From the IMG/VR virus record IMGVR_UViG_3300035180_000246, positions 1 through 64,000 of that record: a stretch of DNA of 64,000 nucleotides; one strand, given 5' to 3'. The notes under the pieces are model-generated. The model searched no databases. It worked only from the letters and a program-made list of their open reading frames with translations, and had not been told where the DNA came from. This stretch comes from a virus. Every line of letters begins with the position of its first letter. Position 1 is the first letter of the stretch. A program made the translations under genes and the position numbers. Positions 37,230 to 47,497 of the stretch are shown in pieces.

Positions 37230-38130
37230 TAGGAGTATTCGTATGTTAGGTTTAGAAAATTCAGCAGATTCTGTAAGATTCTTTCAGTTTTTTGGTGTAA
37301 TACCTTGCGATAGGACAGGTACATTAGAAGGTTTAATCAATACTGTAAATACTGCCCCTACTGCTGAAGATAGAGTTGAGTACGTAAATACCACTTTTCA
37401 AGAATGTATTGATATGCAGATTGAAAAAATTAAAGCACATCCAATTAAAGATGTAGTACTTCTTTGGAGTGGCGGTATAGATTCTACTTTAGTATTCTAT
37501 GCTTTAGTTGCTGCTGGAATTACATTTAGTGTAGGTATGTCTTTATCATCTGTTAAAGAGTATCCTATGCTTGCTGCACAAATACAACAAGATGTATCAA
37601 CAGTAGGTAGTAGAATGTTTCCTACACTTCTAGCCTATGAGTTTATTAGAGAAATGCCTGAAGGATTCTTAGACAATAAGCTAGTAATTACTGGGGAAAT
37701 CGGAGATCAGTTAGTAGGTAGTGTACAAATGTTGAACTACACTGACCAACAAAGGTGTATGCCTTACGATGAAGTATTGAATACTAGTGAGTATGGTTTA
37801 TTTGATAACGTTATAAAAACACTTGTTAATACCGACAGTTTAACGTTAGGTGAATTTCTATGGGGCATGAATTTTGTATTTAAGTATCATGATGTATTAG
37901 ATAGGATTTCTGATAAACCTTTCTTTGGTACTGGTAGCATTGCTTTTAACTTTTTTGACAGCATACCTTTACAAGTATGGAGTATAAATAATTACAAGCA
38001 AAATGCTAATTTTACTAAACAAACTGACTACAAAAAAGTATATAAGCAGTACATTTACGATGCTAATGGTGATGAAGTGTACTTCAAGTATAAACGTAAA
38101 GTAGTGTCTTTACCTCAAATTAATAGATAA
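37210..38130 (+). CDS. Asparagine-synthetase C-terminal-like PP-loop adenylyltransferase (probable start MLGL at 37243)
   Basis: LLWSGGIDST PP-loop and VITGEIGDQL; no N-terminal Ntn glutaminase domain. Confidence 0.75.
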   Translation: MVHLKFSRSIRMLGLENSADSVRFFQFFGVIPCDRTGTLEGLINTVNTAPTAEDRVEYVNTTFQECIDMQIEKIKAHPIKDVVLLWSGGIDSTLVFYALVAAGITFSVGMSLSSVKEYPMLAAQIQQDVSTVGSRMFPTLLAYEFIREMPEGFLDNKLVITGEIGDQLVGSVQMLNYTDQQRCMPYDEVLNTSEYGLFDNVIKTLVNTDSLTLGEFLWGMNFVFKYHDVLDRISDKPFFGTGSIAFNFFDSIPLQVWSINNYKQNANFTKQTDYKKVYKQYIYDANGDEVYFKYKRKVVSLPQINR

Positions 38131-38209
38131 TGTAAGTAGTGTGTGTGTTATAATTTACCGTAAATAGATAAATTGATAACTAACTCTCAGCTGTATTGGA
38201 GTTTACTTA

Positions 38210-38848
38210 ATGTTAGTAAGTACTGTGTTAAATGATGTAGCTTCTGGAGATATTTATAATATAGCTCTAGGAGAGTCATTTAGAAATAATCCTTATAATG
38301 CTGCTAACGCTGATGCTGCCAATACTCTGATTAGCTATCTAAATCTAGCACTTACAGAATTGAGCACTAGGTTTAATATAAAAACAACTGTAGTTACTGT
38401 ACCTACTTATGAAGGTATTCGATTATATACGCTTAGAGATCCTGACTTAATTAGGGTACTTGAAGTGTATGATGATTTTGGAGTGCCTTTAACATTTCCG
38501 AATACAGTTGATGATCTTGATTCTTTTGACATTAAAGAAGTTACATTCAACACTTTTTTAGTAAACAATCCTTTAAATGACCTACACCTTAATTTTGTAT
38601 GTAAGATGCTACTTCCTGAAGTAACAGATATTTCAGAAGATATAGCTATTTCTAGAATGTTTTTAGAACCTGTATGTAACTACATAGCGTATAAAGCTTA
38701 TAGTTCTTTAGGTGGACCTAATAATCAAAAAACAAGTGATAGTTATTTTGCACGTTTTGAGAACAATTGTACAAAATTGTTAGAACGAGGATTTACAAAT
38801 AATCAAGAAAGCTTGTTTAAAAATGTACGTAACAAAGGCTTTGTATAA
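38210..38848 (+). CDS. N4 gp67-like virion / head-tail adaptor protein
   Basis: YLN.ALT.L.TRF, EP..NYIAY..Y, Y...FE..C..L, C-terminal .KGFV. Confidence 0.75.
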   Translation: MLVSTVLNDVASGDIYNIALGESFRNNPYNAANADAANTLISYLNLALTELSTRFNIKTTVVTVPTYEGIRLYTLRDPDLIRVLEVYDDFGVPLTFPNTVDDLDSFDIKEVTFNTFLVNNPLNDLHLNFVCKMLLPEVTDISEDIAISRMFLEPVCNYIAYKAYSSLGGPNNQKTSDSYFARFENNCTKLLERGFTNNQESLFKNVRNKGFV

Positions 38849-39281
38849 CATTATGGCTACAGAAAATAATAACATTTACACAGATGATGGTAGTGTCAGT
38901 ACAAATAATGGTACTATTGATGGGGAAAATGTAGCTTGCGTTTTTACAGAAAAGCCAACATGTATAGATGCTAATAGAAAATCTAGAAGCATATCAACTA
39001 CAAATTTAAGTAATAATAGGTACTCTAACTACAGGCAAGGTGTCTATTATACTGTAACAAAATTTCAAACAAGTGGTACTGATACTCTAGTAGATTACGA
39101 ATATAGTCGCTTATTTGCTAAAATTTTAGATGTGTTTTTTATCCATAAAAACTCAAATGTACTATCAGATGATCAGTTAAAATTATTATCAAAGTTTGCT
39201 GATACTAGTTACAATACTTTTACTATGCCGTTAGATGTTATACGTCTAGATCAATTCTTAGGAGCATTCCGTGAATACTAA
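38823..39281 (+). CDS. Hypothetical (tail-associated) protein
   Basis: In-operon ORF. Confidence 0.55.
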   Translation: MYVTKALYNIMATENNNIYTDDGSVSTNNGTIDGENVACVFTEKPTCIDANRKSRSISTTNLSNNRYSNYRQGVYYTVTKFQTSGTDTLVDYEYSRLFAKILDVFFIHKNSNVLSDDQLKLLSKFADTSYNTFTMPLDVIRLDQFLGAFREY

Positions 39282-40770
39282 TAGCTTTATTACCAATGTA
39301 AATATACTGGTAGATAATTTAGAAGAAATAGCATCTTTTAACTATTTGAGCAGTAACAAAAAAACTCTAGATGACTTTGTAGCAAGTGGTGTTTCAGAGT
39401 ACTTACCTTTAGTTGAAGATCTAGTTAAAGGAACTTATAAAGGCAATAGACAAATACAATTAAACATCTATCGTAACCTTCCTATAAATGTACAAACTGA
39501 CTTAGAAAGCTTTTTTAATCAGTATTTAGTCAACAATATAAATACTGAAATTGACTATAGTCACTATGTACCAGAGCTGACTCAATATAAAGCTGTCAAA
39601 TTTGTGCTACTTGATAACTCAATAGTTACTTATAACTTCGATAGTGTAAGTGCTAATACAAGTTCTATAGCTACAATATTCGACCAAATAGGTCTAGCTT
39701 TGACATCAAATTCCAATGTAATTATTAATACTAGTAAGGCTTTAATACGTAATTACACTTTAGATTTTAGTGCTGTACTCTATGATCATTTAAACCAATT
39801 TAGCAATATACAGCAAATTTTATTGATTACATCTGACAACTCTGTACAAACTTTTGATTGGAGTTCTTCGACTTCTTCTGTAGAATACTTGTCTGGTAAC
39901 CTCGATGAAATCATTAATGTAGTAGTACCTACAATCGTAAATACTAAAAATGAAATTCAAATTATTGCTGATAATGCCACTGCTGCGGTAAATGCTGCTG
40001 ATGCTTCAATTACTCAAAGTACTATTGCGCTAAATGCCTCTACTACTGCACTGAATGCCGCTGATGTCTTAATTAGTGAAAGTACTGCTGCAGTAAACTC
40101 TTCTAATGATTTATTAGCTGCTGCTAACACTTTAATTAATACAAGCACTACTACGCTTGCTTCCTACACTACTGTGTTAAATACCAGTACTACTGCATTA
40201 AGTACTGCTAATAGTGAATTAGCATCATCTACTACTGCAGTAAATACTGCTAATACTTTGATTGTTGAAAGCACTACTGCGGTAAATGCTTCTAACGTTT
40301 TAATCAGTGAGAGTACTGCTGCATTAGACGCTTATACTGCTGCGCTAAATGCTTCTAATACAACAGTAGATGCCTTAAATAGTAATATGGGTAATTTGGT
40401 TAACTATACTGCTACAAGTGTTACAGTGTCGTCTAACAGTTCTCATATAGTGTTAATCACTAATAGTGTTCCTTCTTGGTACATGGTTTACAGTTTGAGT
40501 GCAGTACCATCAGATGTCCAAGCTAACTATACTATAAGCATTTATAATGGTGATGCTTCTCAAAGTTCTGTAGTAAATGATACAAGTAATCTGTCATATC
40601 TATCGTCTAACAATTCAGGAGAATTGCTAGATAATATTCCTTTTGCAGTTATTGGATCTTCTGCCACTAAAAGTATCGTTATCAATAATAGTAGTGGTGT
40701 AAGTAATACTTTTAATATTGTTTTAGCTGCTACTAGATACGATGTACCATCAACGACAGTGGTAATTTAA
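39271..40770 (+). CDS. Tail fibre/appendage protein with heptad-repeat stalk
   Basis: Repeated STTA(L/V)NA and D.LISES heptads at about 39975-40380. Confidence 0.65.
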   Translation: MNTNSFITNVNILVDNLEEIASFNYLSSNKKTLDDFVASGVSEYLPLVEDLVKGTYKGNRQIQLNIYRNLPINVQTDLESFFNQYLVNNINTEIDYSHYVPELTQYKAVKFVLLDNSIVTYNFDSVSANTSSIATIFDQIGLALTSNSNVIINTSKALIRNYTLDFSAVLYDHLNQFSNIQQILLITSDNSVQTFDWSSSTSSVEYLSGNLDEIINVVVPTIVNTKNEIQIIADNATAAVNAADASITQSTIALNASTTALNAADVLISESTAAVNSSNDLLAAANTLINTSTTTLASYTTVLNTSTTALSTANSELASSTTAVNTANTLIVESTTAVNASNVLISESTAALDAYTAALNASNTTVDALNSNMGNLVNYTATSVTVSSNSSHIVLITNSVPSWYMVYSLSAVPSDVQANYTISIYNGDASQSSVVNDTSNLSYLSSNNSGELLDNIPFAVIGSSATKSIVINNSSGVSNTFNIVLAATRYDVPSTTVVI

Positions 40771-40771
40771 T

Positions 40772-43700
40772 ATGAGTAGTTATTTAGATAAGTTATGCGT
40801 TTATAGTGATAAGTATAGAGCTGGACAGGATTTAATTAATTTAAGATTAGCGTATAAAGAGTTAATCGAAATAAGTTTTCCTGCAAACTTTAGCTATCCA
40901 AACACCACTGCCGTAGTTCAATCAGACTGGGTTACGGATGTAGATCAAACTTTGTCTGCTTCTATTCGAGAGAAAAGAACTTTCTGTACTAAAGGTAAAG
41001 CTATTGTAAATTTTACTGGTACTACATGTATTATTAGAGTAGGTATATCTTATGGTTGGGGGGATGCGGATGTCTATATTGATGGTGTAAAACCATCTAC
41101 AATTACTAACGTAGTTAGTCCCTTAGATACTGTATCTTCAAATGAGACTGTCAATGTCAATACTGGATATTACGATTACGTACTAGCAGACAATTTACTA
41201 TCAGGGCAGCATACACTTGAATTGTATGTTAATAACAGTGCAGGTGTTCCTTTCGTATTTACATGTGTAAAATACACGGATAATACTAGCAGTAGTTTAG
41301 TTTTGAACTTACCTTCACCTATGTATGTAAATCCTTATGTAAATTTAGATGCATATGGCAATACTCAACTTGCTACAGAACATGCTAAACAGTTGTATAA
41401 TTTGTGCAATTCTCATAGTAATAACGTAAATATAAAGATACAAAACCTAACTTCAAATAGTATTTATAATACAAACATAACTTTAATTAGTAATCCATCT
41501 ATAGATTATTTAAATTTTGGACTTGATGCCGTTTCTGGAGAAGTATTAAGTGTACAAGCTTACCCTACAAATACTTTAACTTTTGCTTCAGATAGTACTC
41601 TACTAAATGATACTACTATTACAACTGGCATTAGTGTTTTACCTCAGTATGTAACAACATTTAATAACCAATCTATATACCTTCAATTGTCTGCTGAATA
41701 TCCAGATCCTAATGGAAGTATTATACGAACTAATGCTACTATTGTACCTTTGGATTCAAGCCTTGTTACATATACAGGTAGTTGGAGTTATGATAATGAC
41801 TTTAGCGAAAAACGTTATTATGCTGATACCTCTAGTGCTAGATTCTCGTTTTCAGCTAAGGGTACTCTAACTATTAGAGTTCAGAAAGATTGGGGTTGGG
41901 GAAAATTTACTGTATATAAGGATGGTGTTTTATTTTCTAACGCATCAACTTTAACGTGTGGTGCTGATACAGATCCTTCACCATATTTTGAAGATATTGT
42001 TGTAGGAGATTTAGGGTCGAGTTTGTGTACTGTACAGGTAAGAAACGCAGCAAATAATACTGTTGTGTTTACAGGTGTTAAGTACGAATATAACGCTACA
42101 TTTACTAGTGTTATCGAGAATATAACAGTTAATGCAAATTTACTACATGTACCGAACTATACTCCTTACGAGTATTCTCAAGTATTGCCACACATAATCG
42201 ATGGTAAAGTTTCCATTGGTAGTGTTGATATGTCTAGCAAAACTACTGATTTAACTATACCAGCTATTAGTAATTACGAACAACCTTTAAAAACTTCTGT
42301 AGATGTTTACGTAAGATTTCCTTCATATAATATTTGTTATATGGGTGGTTTTGATAAAGAGTTAAGTACCTACGATTTAGTAGTAACAGATCCTTATGCT
42401 ACATCAAACAGTAAAGTTGATGCTTATCATAAAGCTGGCTGTAAGGTTATGTTGTATATATCTTTTGGTGAAGAAGATGCAGTAAATACTAAATTATATG
42501 ATTTTGCAAATACTAGCGTAGAACCTTGGAGTGTTTCTACAGCAGGATCTGATGTAGGTAATTCAGGTCCAGGTGGGTATGCTAGTTACTACTGTAAAGA
42601 TAACGATAATTTCTCAGAAATCAGTGAATGCACGCATGACAACTCTAGATCAGGTACAAAAACTTGCAGTATAAACAGAAGTGAATATTTTTCTGGTTTA
42701 GGCAGATGTTCTAAAATTTGCACCAAAGATTCTGTTAATGGTTACGTTACTTACAGTGCAGGAGGTAATTGTGGTGGAGGGTATAACTCAACCAATTACT
42801 GGAGTAGAGATGCTATGTCAGCATGTAGTAACTCTTCCTGCCCTCAATACATACCTAATAATCATAAATGTCCTGTATACGAAGGTGGTGCAGGTTGGGG
42901 TCAAGATTTTTCAGTTGTAACTGTAAACTTTCCAGATCAAAACGGTATTTGGGGTTCTAGTTTTATTAATGCAGGAAATATCAATTGGCACAATAGAATA
43001 CTAAAATACTATCTACCAATTATATTTGGTCCTAGACAAAGTCCTGTAACTTTTACAGCTACACTACTTTCTGTAGATTCAGGTGGTGGAGCTAATAGTG
43101 GGTTAGGTTTTAGAGTCCCATACATTAGTGAGAGTGCTAGTACTAGCTACCCTGATGGTAGACAGGGATATTTTCCTGTGGATACCGATGAACCCCTAGA
43201 AATTAAGTACGGTAATGTTGTTTTAGTAAAAGATTTAGATTATAGCTACAATACCAAATTAGGTACATTTGTAGTTCAATCTGGTGCCTCTGGTTTAACA
43301 CTAAAGGCAGGTGATCAATTAACTGTAACTTTAACTTATTTTTCTCCAAATGCAGATGGTGTATTTATGGATACTATGGATAGTGTAGATATATATCCTT
43401 CTACAAATTATCAGACTGGTATGGTAGATCTTGTAAGTAAAGTACGTATAAGTTGGTCTAACAAAGAAATTTGTTCTAATAGAGGATTCACCGTTCTAGG
43501 TAGTACTGTTAAAGATATTAATTACGTTATGGCAGAAAGTATTCGTTCTGAGTATAATTGGAGTACAGGTCAGTATTACACAATTACAGATCCTGAAACT
43601 GTTGCCTATAATCAAGGTATAATCGATCAGCTAAGAGCACTAAGACAAAATCATGTATTTGATGTACTATCTTTAAATTATGCAGCTGATGATTCTTCTG

Positions 43701-43867
43701 GTGATACAATAAGAGAATCAAATACATTAGCAGATTATCAAGATGGGTTTTTATCAGCTACTGCTAATATTTTACTAAATAATGTTTTACCTTTTAAACC
43801 AGTCAATTTAGCTAATTTAAGAATAAAAACTAACTTATTTACAAAAGTAGGTGAATATGAGCAGTAA
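40772..43867 (+). CDS. Tail-associated depolymerase: CBM-like repeats plus GH114/PelA-like barrel with Cys-rich insertion
   Basis: YDLVVTD..AG.KV..YISFGEE, DGVFMDT.D, NRGF, VMAES; two GWG...VY.DG beta-sandwich repeats. Confidence 0.65.
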   Translation: MSSYLDKLCVYSDKYRAGQDLINLRLAYKELIEISFPANFSYPNTTAVVQSDWVTDVDQTLSASIREKRTFCTKGKAIVNFTGTTCIIRVGISYGWGDADVYIDGVKPSTITNVVSPLDTVSSNETVNVNTGYYDYVLADNLLSGQHTLELYVNNSAGVPFVFTCVKYTDNTSSSLVLNLPSPMYVNPYVNLDAYGNTQLATEHAKQLYNLCNSHSNNVNIKIQNLTSNSIYNTNITLISNPSIDYLNFGLDAVSGEVLSVQAYPTNTLTFASDSTLLNDTTITTGISVLPQYVTTFNNQSIYLQLSAEYPDPNGSIIRTNATIVPLDSSLVTYTGSWSYDNDFSEKRYYADTSSARFSFSAKGTLTIRVQKDWGWGKFTVYKDGVLFSNASTLTCGADTDPSPYFEDIVVGDLGSSLCTVQVRNAANNTVVFTGVKYEYNATFTSVIENITVNANLLHVPNYTPYEYSQVLPHIIDGKVSIGSVDMSSKTTDLTIPAISNYEQPLKTSVDVYVRFPSYNICYMGGFDKELSTYDLVVTDPYATSNSKVDAYHKAGCKVMLYISFGEEDAVNTKLYDFANTSVEPWSVSTAGSDVGNSGPGGYASYYCKDNDNFSEISECTHDNSRSGTKTCSINRSEYFSGLGRCSKICTKDSVNGYVTYSAGGNCGGGYNSTNYWSRDAMSACSNSSCPQYIPNNHKCPVYEGGAGWGQDFSVVTVNFPDQNGIWGSSFINAGNINWHNRILKYYLPIIFGPRQSPVTFTATLLSVDSGGGANSGLGFRVPYISESASTSYPDGRQGYFPVDTDEPLEIKYGNVVLVKDLDYSYNTKLGTFVVQSGASGLTLKAGDQLTVTLTYFSPNADGVFMDTMDSVDIYPSTNYQTGMVDLVSKVRISWSNKEICSNRGFTVLGSTVKDINYVMAESIRSEYNWSTGQYYTITDPETVAYNQGIIDQLRALRQNHVFDVLSLNYAADDSSGDTIRESNTLADYQDGFLSATANILLNNVLPFKPVNLANLRIKTNLFTKVGEYEQ

Positions 43868-44132
43868 CTTTAATCCGTTTTTTACATCTGTACCTTTAGT
43901 AATTCAGTATGTTACTACAACTGTATTAGATAACGGTACTGCAAATCCTACTGTAGTTCAGACATCTTTTAACAATACTAACAGGGTATGGGTAAGGTTG
44001 CCTAATTCTAGACTGTATCCAAGCATTCCTAAAGATTTCGACATAATTGCGAGCATAAGTACACAAGGTAGGGGTAGCATACCTGATGTTATTCAGACTA
44101 ACAAACTTAAACCTTATATGGCTAATACCTAA
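43851..44132 (+). CDS. Hypothetical tail-region protein
   Basis: In-operon ORF. Confidence 0.55.
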   Translation: MNMSSNFNPFFTSVPLVIQYVTTTVLDNGTANPTVVQTSFNNTNRVWVRLPNSRLYPSIPKDFDIIASISTQGRGSIPDVIQTNKLKPYMANT

Positions 44133-44134
44133 TT

Positions 44135-44449
44135 ATGGAAATAATTACACATAGAATAGGCAGTACTTTTGAATTGCAATGTCAATATACGGATACTAGT
44201 AATCTACCTATTGATATTACAAGCATTGCCATTAAGAGCCAGATTAGAGATTCTACTAATAAACTTATAGCAAACTGTACAGTAACTATAGTAGATCCAG
44301 CATTGGGTAAATTTACTATGAGAGTAAGTAATACTTCAAATTGGCCTGTAGCTAAGCTTTCTCAAGACATTCAATATGTACTATCTGATGGTAGAACTAT
44401 TATTACTACTCCTTTTACTATCTATACTGTAGCATCTGTAACAGTATGA
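44135..44449 (+). CDS. BppU-like adaptor / beta-sandwich tail protein
   Basis: G.TF....PIDIT...SQIRD..G.F...T..WP....DIQ. Confidence 0.55.
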   Translation: MEIITHRIGSTFELQCQYTDTSNLPIDITSIAIKSQIRDSTNKLIANCTVTIVDPALGKFTMRVSNTSNWPVAKLSQDIQYVLSDGRTIITTPFTIYTVASVTV

Positions 44450-44883
44450 GTGATTTACTTAGTCTTACTTCGGTATTCCATTCAGACAGTAATGTCAATT
44501 TAGTTGTTAGTACAAATAATACTGAAGTACATACCACAGAATACCCTACTAAACTAACTTTACTAGATACCGCTAAAACTTCTATACTAGTTGGTACTAC
44601 CAATATAGTAGTAACTTCAAGTCTTACGGGTTCTCAAGGCCCTAAAGGAGATAAAGGAGATAAAGGGGACAAAGGAGATAGTTCTGTAATTCCTCTACTA
44701 GATGCTGCTTTTATCTACGGTGGTGGTAGATTGATTAGAGTAAACTACGCAGATGGTTCTTATAGGAATTTTACGTATTTAGGTGATAAGTTAGTACAGG
44801 TAATCTATACTAAAGGTTCTATAAACGAAACAAGAACTCTAAATTACTTAGGTGATATTCTTGTTAGTGTAGTAAATACTTAA
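44446..44883 (+). CDS. Tail protein with short collagen-like repeat
   Basis: GSQGPKGDKGDKGDKGD. Confidence 0.65.
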   Translation: MSDLLSLTSVFHSDSNVNLVVSTNNTEVHTTEYPTKLTLLDTAKTSILVGTTNIVVTSSLTGSQGPKGDKGDKGDKGDSSVIPLLDAAFIYGGGRLIRVNYADGSYRNFTYLGDKLVQVIYTKGSINETRTLNYLGDILVSVVNT

Positions 44884-44898
44884 TAAAGGCTAATATAA

Positions 44899-47484
44899 AT
44901 GGCAACTTTTACCATCACATCTACTCAAAATATTGATGCTCTCACAAGCAAAGCTGGTGGTGATTTATACAATATTAATGGTGGCACTCTTACTATTGAT
45001 CAACATAGTAGATTTGGGTTAAACAATAATAACTCAAGTGCTACTGCTGCAACTTCAATGGGTAATATTACTATTTCCGCTACGTTAGGTGGTACATGTA
45101 ATATTGATGGTAGAAATGTAAGGTTAATTCCATTTAATAACGGTAGTGGTACTATACCAGCATTAAATTCTACAGTTACTCAAGGAAGTGCTAGTGGATT
45201 ATTAATGTGTGTTTATAGTTCATTAACTGCCGCACCGCTTGTAAACGGTGGTACTATGCCTACTACAGGCTGGATAATGATTAAACAATGGAATAGTACA
45301 GAGTATGTATCAGGAGTATTAACACTATCTGGGGTTACATCGAGTGCTACAGGGGCAAGTACCGTTGGATTCTTAGAGATCATGGGAGATGAGGCATCTA
45401 CGGTCACTGGTTATAGACTAGGATCGTTTAACGTCTATGGTGCTTGGTATTCTGTCGGTACTACTAACGGCACATCTAACCAAACTATGCAGATACCTAA
45501 CAATGGTACACTGAAACATATTGCTGGTGTTTTTATCGAGAAAACTGCTGGTGCTGGAGACTATGAGTTTTATCCTAATGCAGGTACTGCCACAACTGTT
45601 GGAACTGAAGCAGCCAGAGGTAAGGTAGTTTGGATTGATAACACAGGATTAGTGCGTATTGGTAACTCTGGTTCTGCTACAAATGGTTATACTCCACCTT
45701 CTGGACTTGCTGTTGTTGTAGGTAATGTGTTTTTCTGTAATTGTACAACAGCAGCAAGAAATGCAGTAGCGATTCCAAATGCTACATTAGCAACAAGATA
45801 TGACTTTACATCTACTGGTGGTGGTGTTGTTAATATAGATAAGTGTAATATGGAATGGTATCTATCGCTTACTCAACCTTACTCAGTGGCCTTATCAAAT
45901 AGTGGATTTGTAGATGCCATTTATCTTGATGAGATAGCCACACCAGTTTCATTTTCAAAAATTGGTGTGGGTAATAAGCCAACAACAGCATTATCAACTC
46001 CAGGTTTAACAATATTGTTTTGTTCTGCTGGTGGGACTATGTCTGATTGTGTGTTTGCTAGGGTGGATCTTGCCATTTCTGGTGCATATACTTCGGTAAT
46101 ACAAGATATTGCTGGATTTACTTTTAATAATTGTACAATTAGGGCAAATACCAACCAAGCAAATGCTACTGTTTACTCGATCTATGGAACTCGCATAACT
46201 AACTGCACATTTAATAATACAAATATTATAGAAGCATCAATTCAGTTAAGTATGTGCGATACTGCAACATTTAATAACACTTCATTCGTTAATGGAGTAT
46301 CAGGTACAACATCAACTACTTATACAACATACGTATGGTATTTAATGTCAACGACTAAAAATTGTACACTTAATGGGCTATCTTTACCCGTTGCAAATAA
46401 TCAACCATATACCGCAATATTGTATGGAAGTTATGGATGTTCTAATATAAAACTAAGAAATATAGGGACAAGAACATCGCCATTATCATTAGGTACAACA
46501 AATGCTTGTGGCTACATTTATAATACAACAAATAACTGTTCAAGTTTCAAAATACAAAGAGTTTATGTGAGTAACACCAGAACAGGTATTGGATCTAGTG
46601 ATAACTCGTGTCATGATTGTACCGAACAAAACGTGTTTGGAGATTATGCCGATGCTACAGATGTAATGGCAATACTTAATCAAACAAGAATGGGTATGGG
46701 TGGTACTGGTGCTTTAACTGCTCAGTTATCAGTATATGGTACACACTGGATGGATTGCTTTACATCTACTACTGCTGGTCGTATTGCGGTATTGATGAAT
46801 GAGCCAACAGCAAGTACAACAGGTCAGGTATCACTAACAGGTGGTGCAGCATTTACATCTGCTGGTGGATTGTATATGCCAACTGTAGGGCAAAGTGCTA
46901 CATTTACAATGCCAAACTATTTGCTCGGACATACTCAATATGCTAATAGTGCTTTAGTAATGGGAAATGCCACTGCTACCAACTACAATTATAATTTTGC
47001 TATTAATAAAAATGATGGTGCTGGTTGGTCTATAATGACTACTGCAAACTATACCTCGACTACATTAGGTACAGCACTTAACGCGATAGGTGCGCTTGAT
47101 CCTAGTAAAGGGCATAAACTACAACTGAAGATAACCACAATTACTACAAACACAATATCAATTGCTTCTGTGTACATGCCTACAATAAGTACAGCTTCTG
47201 CACAAGATTATCAGTATCCATTAGACATTATTACTTTAACTTTAACTGGGTTAGTTCCTAATAGTGATATTGTTATTCTAGATACTGGTACTATAAATGA
47301 ACGAGTTAATGTGGATAGTAACCCAACTAATACATATAACTATGTATATTCTAGTACTGGTGCAGTAGATATTAAAGTGTATAAACAAGGATATGTTCCA
47401 TTCAGTATCCTAAATTATAGCTTAGGTACAACAGATACAAGTTTACCGATTCAGCAGATTATTGATAGAAACTTTTTAGCATAG
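44899..47484 (+). CDS. Tail spike / receptor-binding protein with probable beta-helix
   Basis: T/N/S/G-rich; repeated F.NCT / TFNNT rungs; C-terminal Ig-like segment. Confidence 0.65.
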   Translation: MATFTITSTQNIDALTSKAGGDLYNINGGTLTIDQHSRFGLNNNNSSATAATSMGNITISATLGGTCNIDGRNVRLIPFNNGSGTIPALNSTVTQGSASGLLMCVYSSLTAAPLVNGGTMPTTGWIMIKQWNSTEYVSGVLTLSGVTSSATGASTVGFLEIMGDEASTVTGYRLGSFNVYGAWYSVGTTNGTSNQTMQIPNNGTLKHIAGVFIEKTAGAGDYEFYPNAGTATTVGTEAARGKVVWIDNTGLVRIGNSGSATNGYTPPSGLAVVVGNVFFCNCTTAARNAVAIPNATLATRYDFTSTGGGVVNIDKCNMEWYLSLTQPYSVALSNSGFVDAIYLDEIATPVSFSKIGVGNKPTTALSTPGLTILFCSAGGTMSDCVFARVDLAISGAYTSVIQDIAGFTFNNCTIRANTNQANATVYSIYGTRITNCTFNNTNIIEASIQLSMCDTATFNNTSFVNGVSGTTSTTYTTYVWYLMSTTKNCTLNGLSLPVANNQPYTAILYGSYGCSNIKLRNIGTRTSPLSLGTTNACGYIYNTTNNCSSFKIQRVYVSNTRTGIGSSDNSCHDCTEQNVFGDYADATDVMAILNQTRMGMGGTGALTAQLSVYGTHWMDCFTSTTAGRIAVLMNEPTASTTGQVSLTGGAAFTSAGGLYMPTVGQSATFTMPNYLLGHTQYANSALVMGNATATNYNYNFAINKNDGAGWSIMTTANYTSTTLGTALNAIGALDPSKGHKLQLKITTITTNTISIASVYMPTISTASAQDYQYPLDIITLTLTGLVPNSDIVILDTGTINERVNVDSNPTNTYNYVYSSTGAVDIKVYKQGYVPFSILNYSLGTTDTSLPIQQIIDRNFLA

Positions 47485-47497
47485 GGGATACATTTAA

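Noticed and set aside
37210-38130. QueC / 7-deazaguanine DNA-modification pathway or lasso peptide cluster
   Set aside because: No QueC zinc Cys motif and no folE, queD, queE or dpdA in the window; no lasso B protease or recognisable precursor; kept only as AsnB-like
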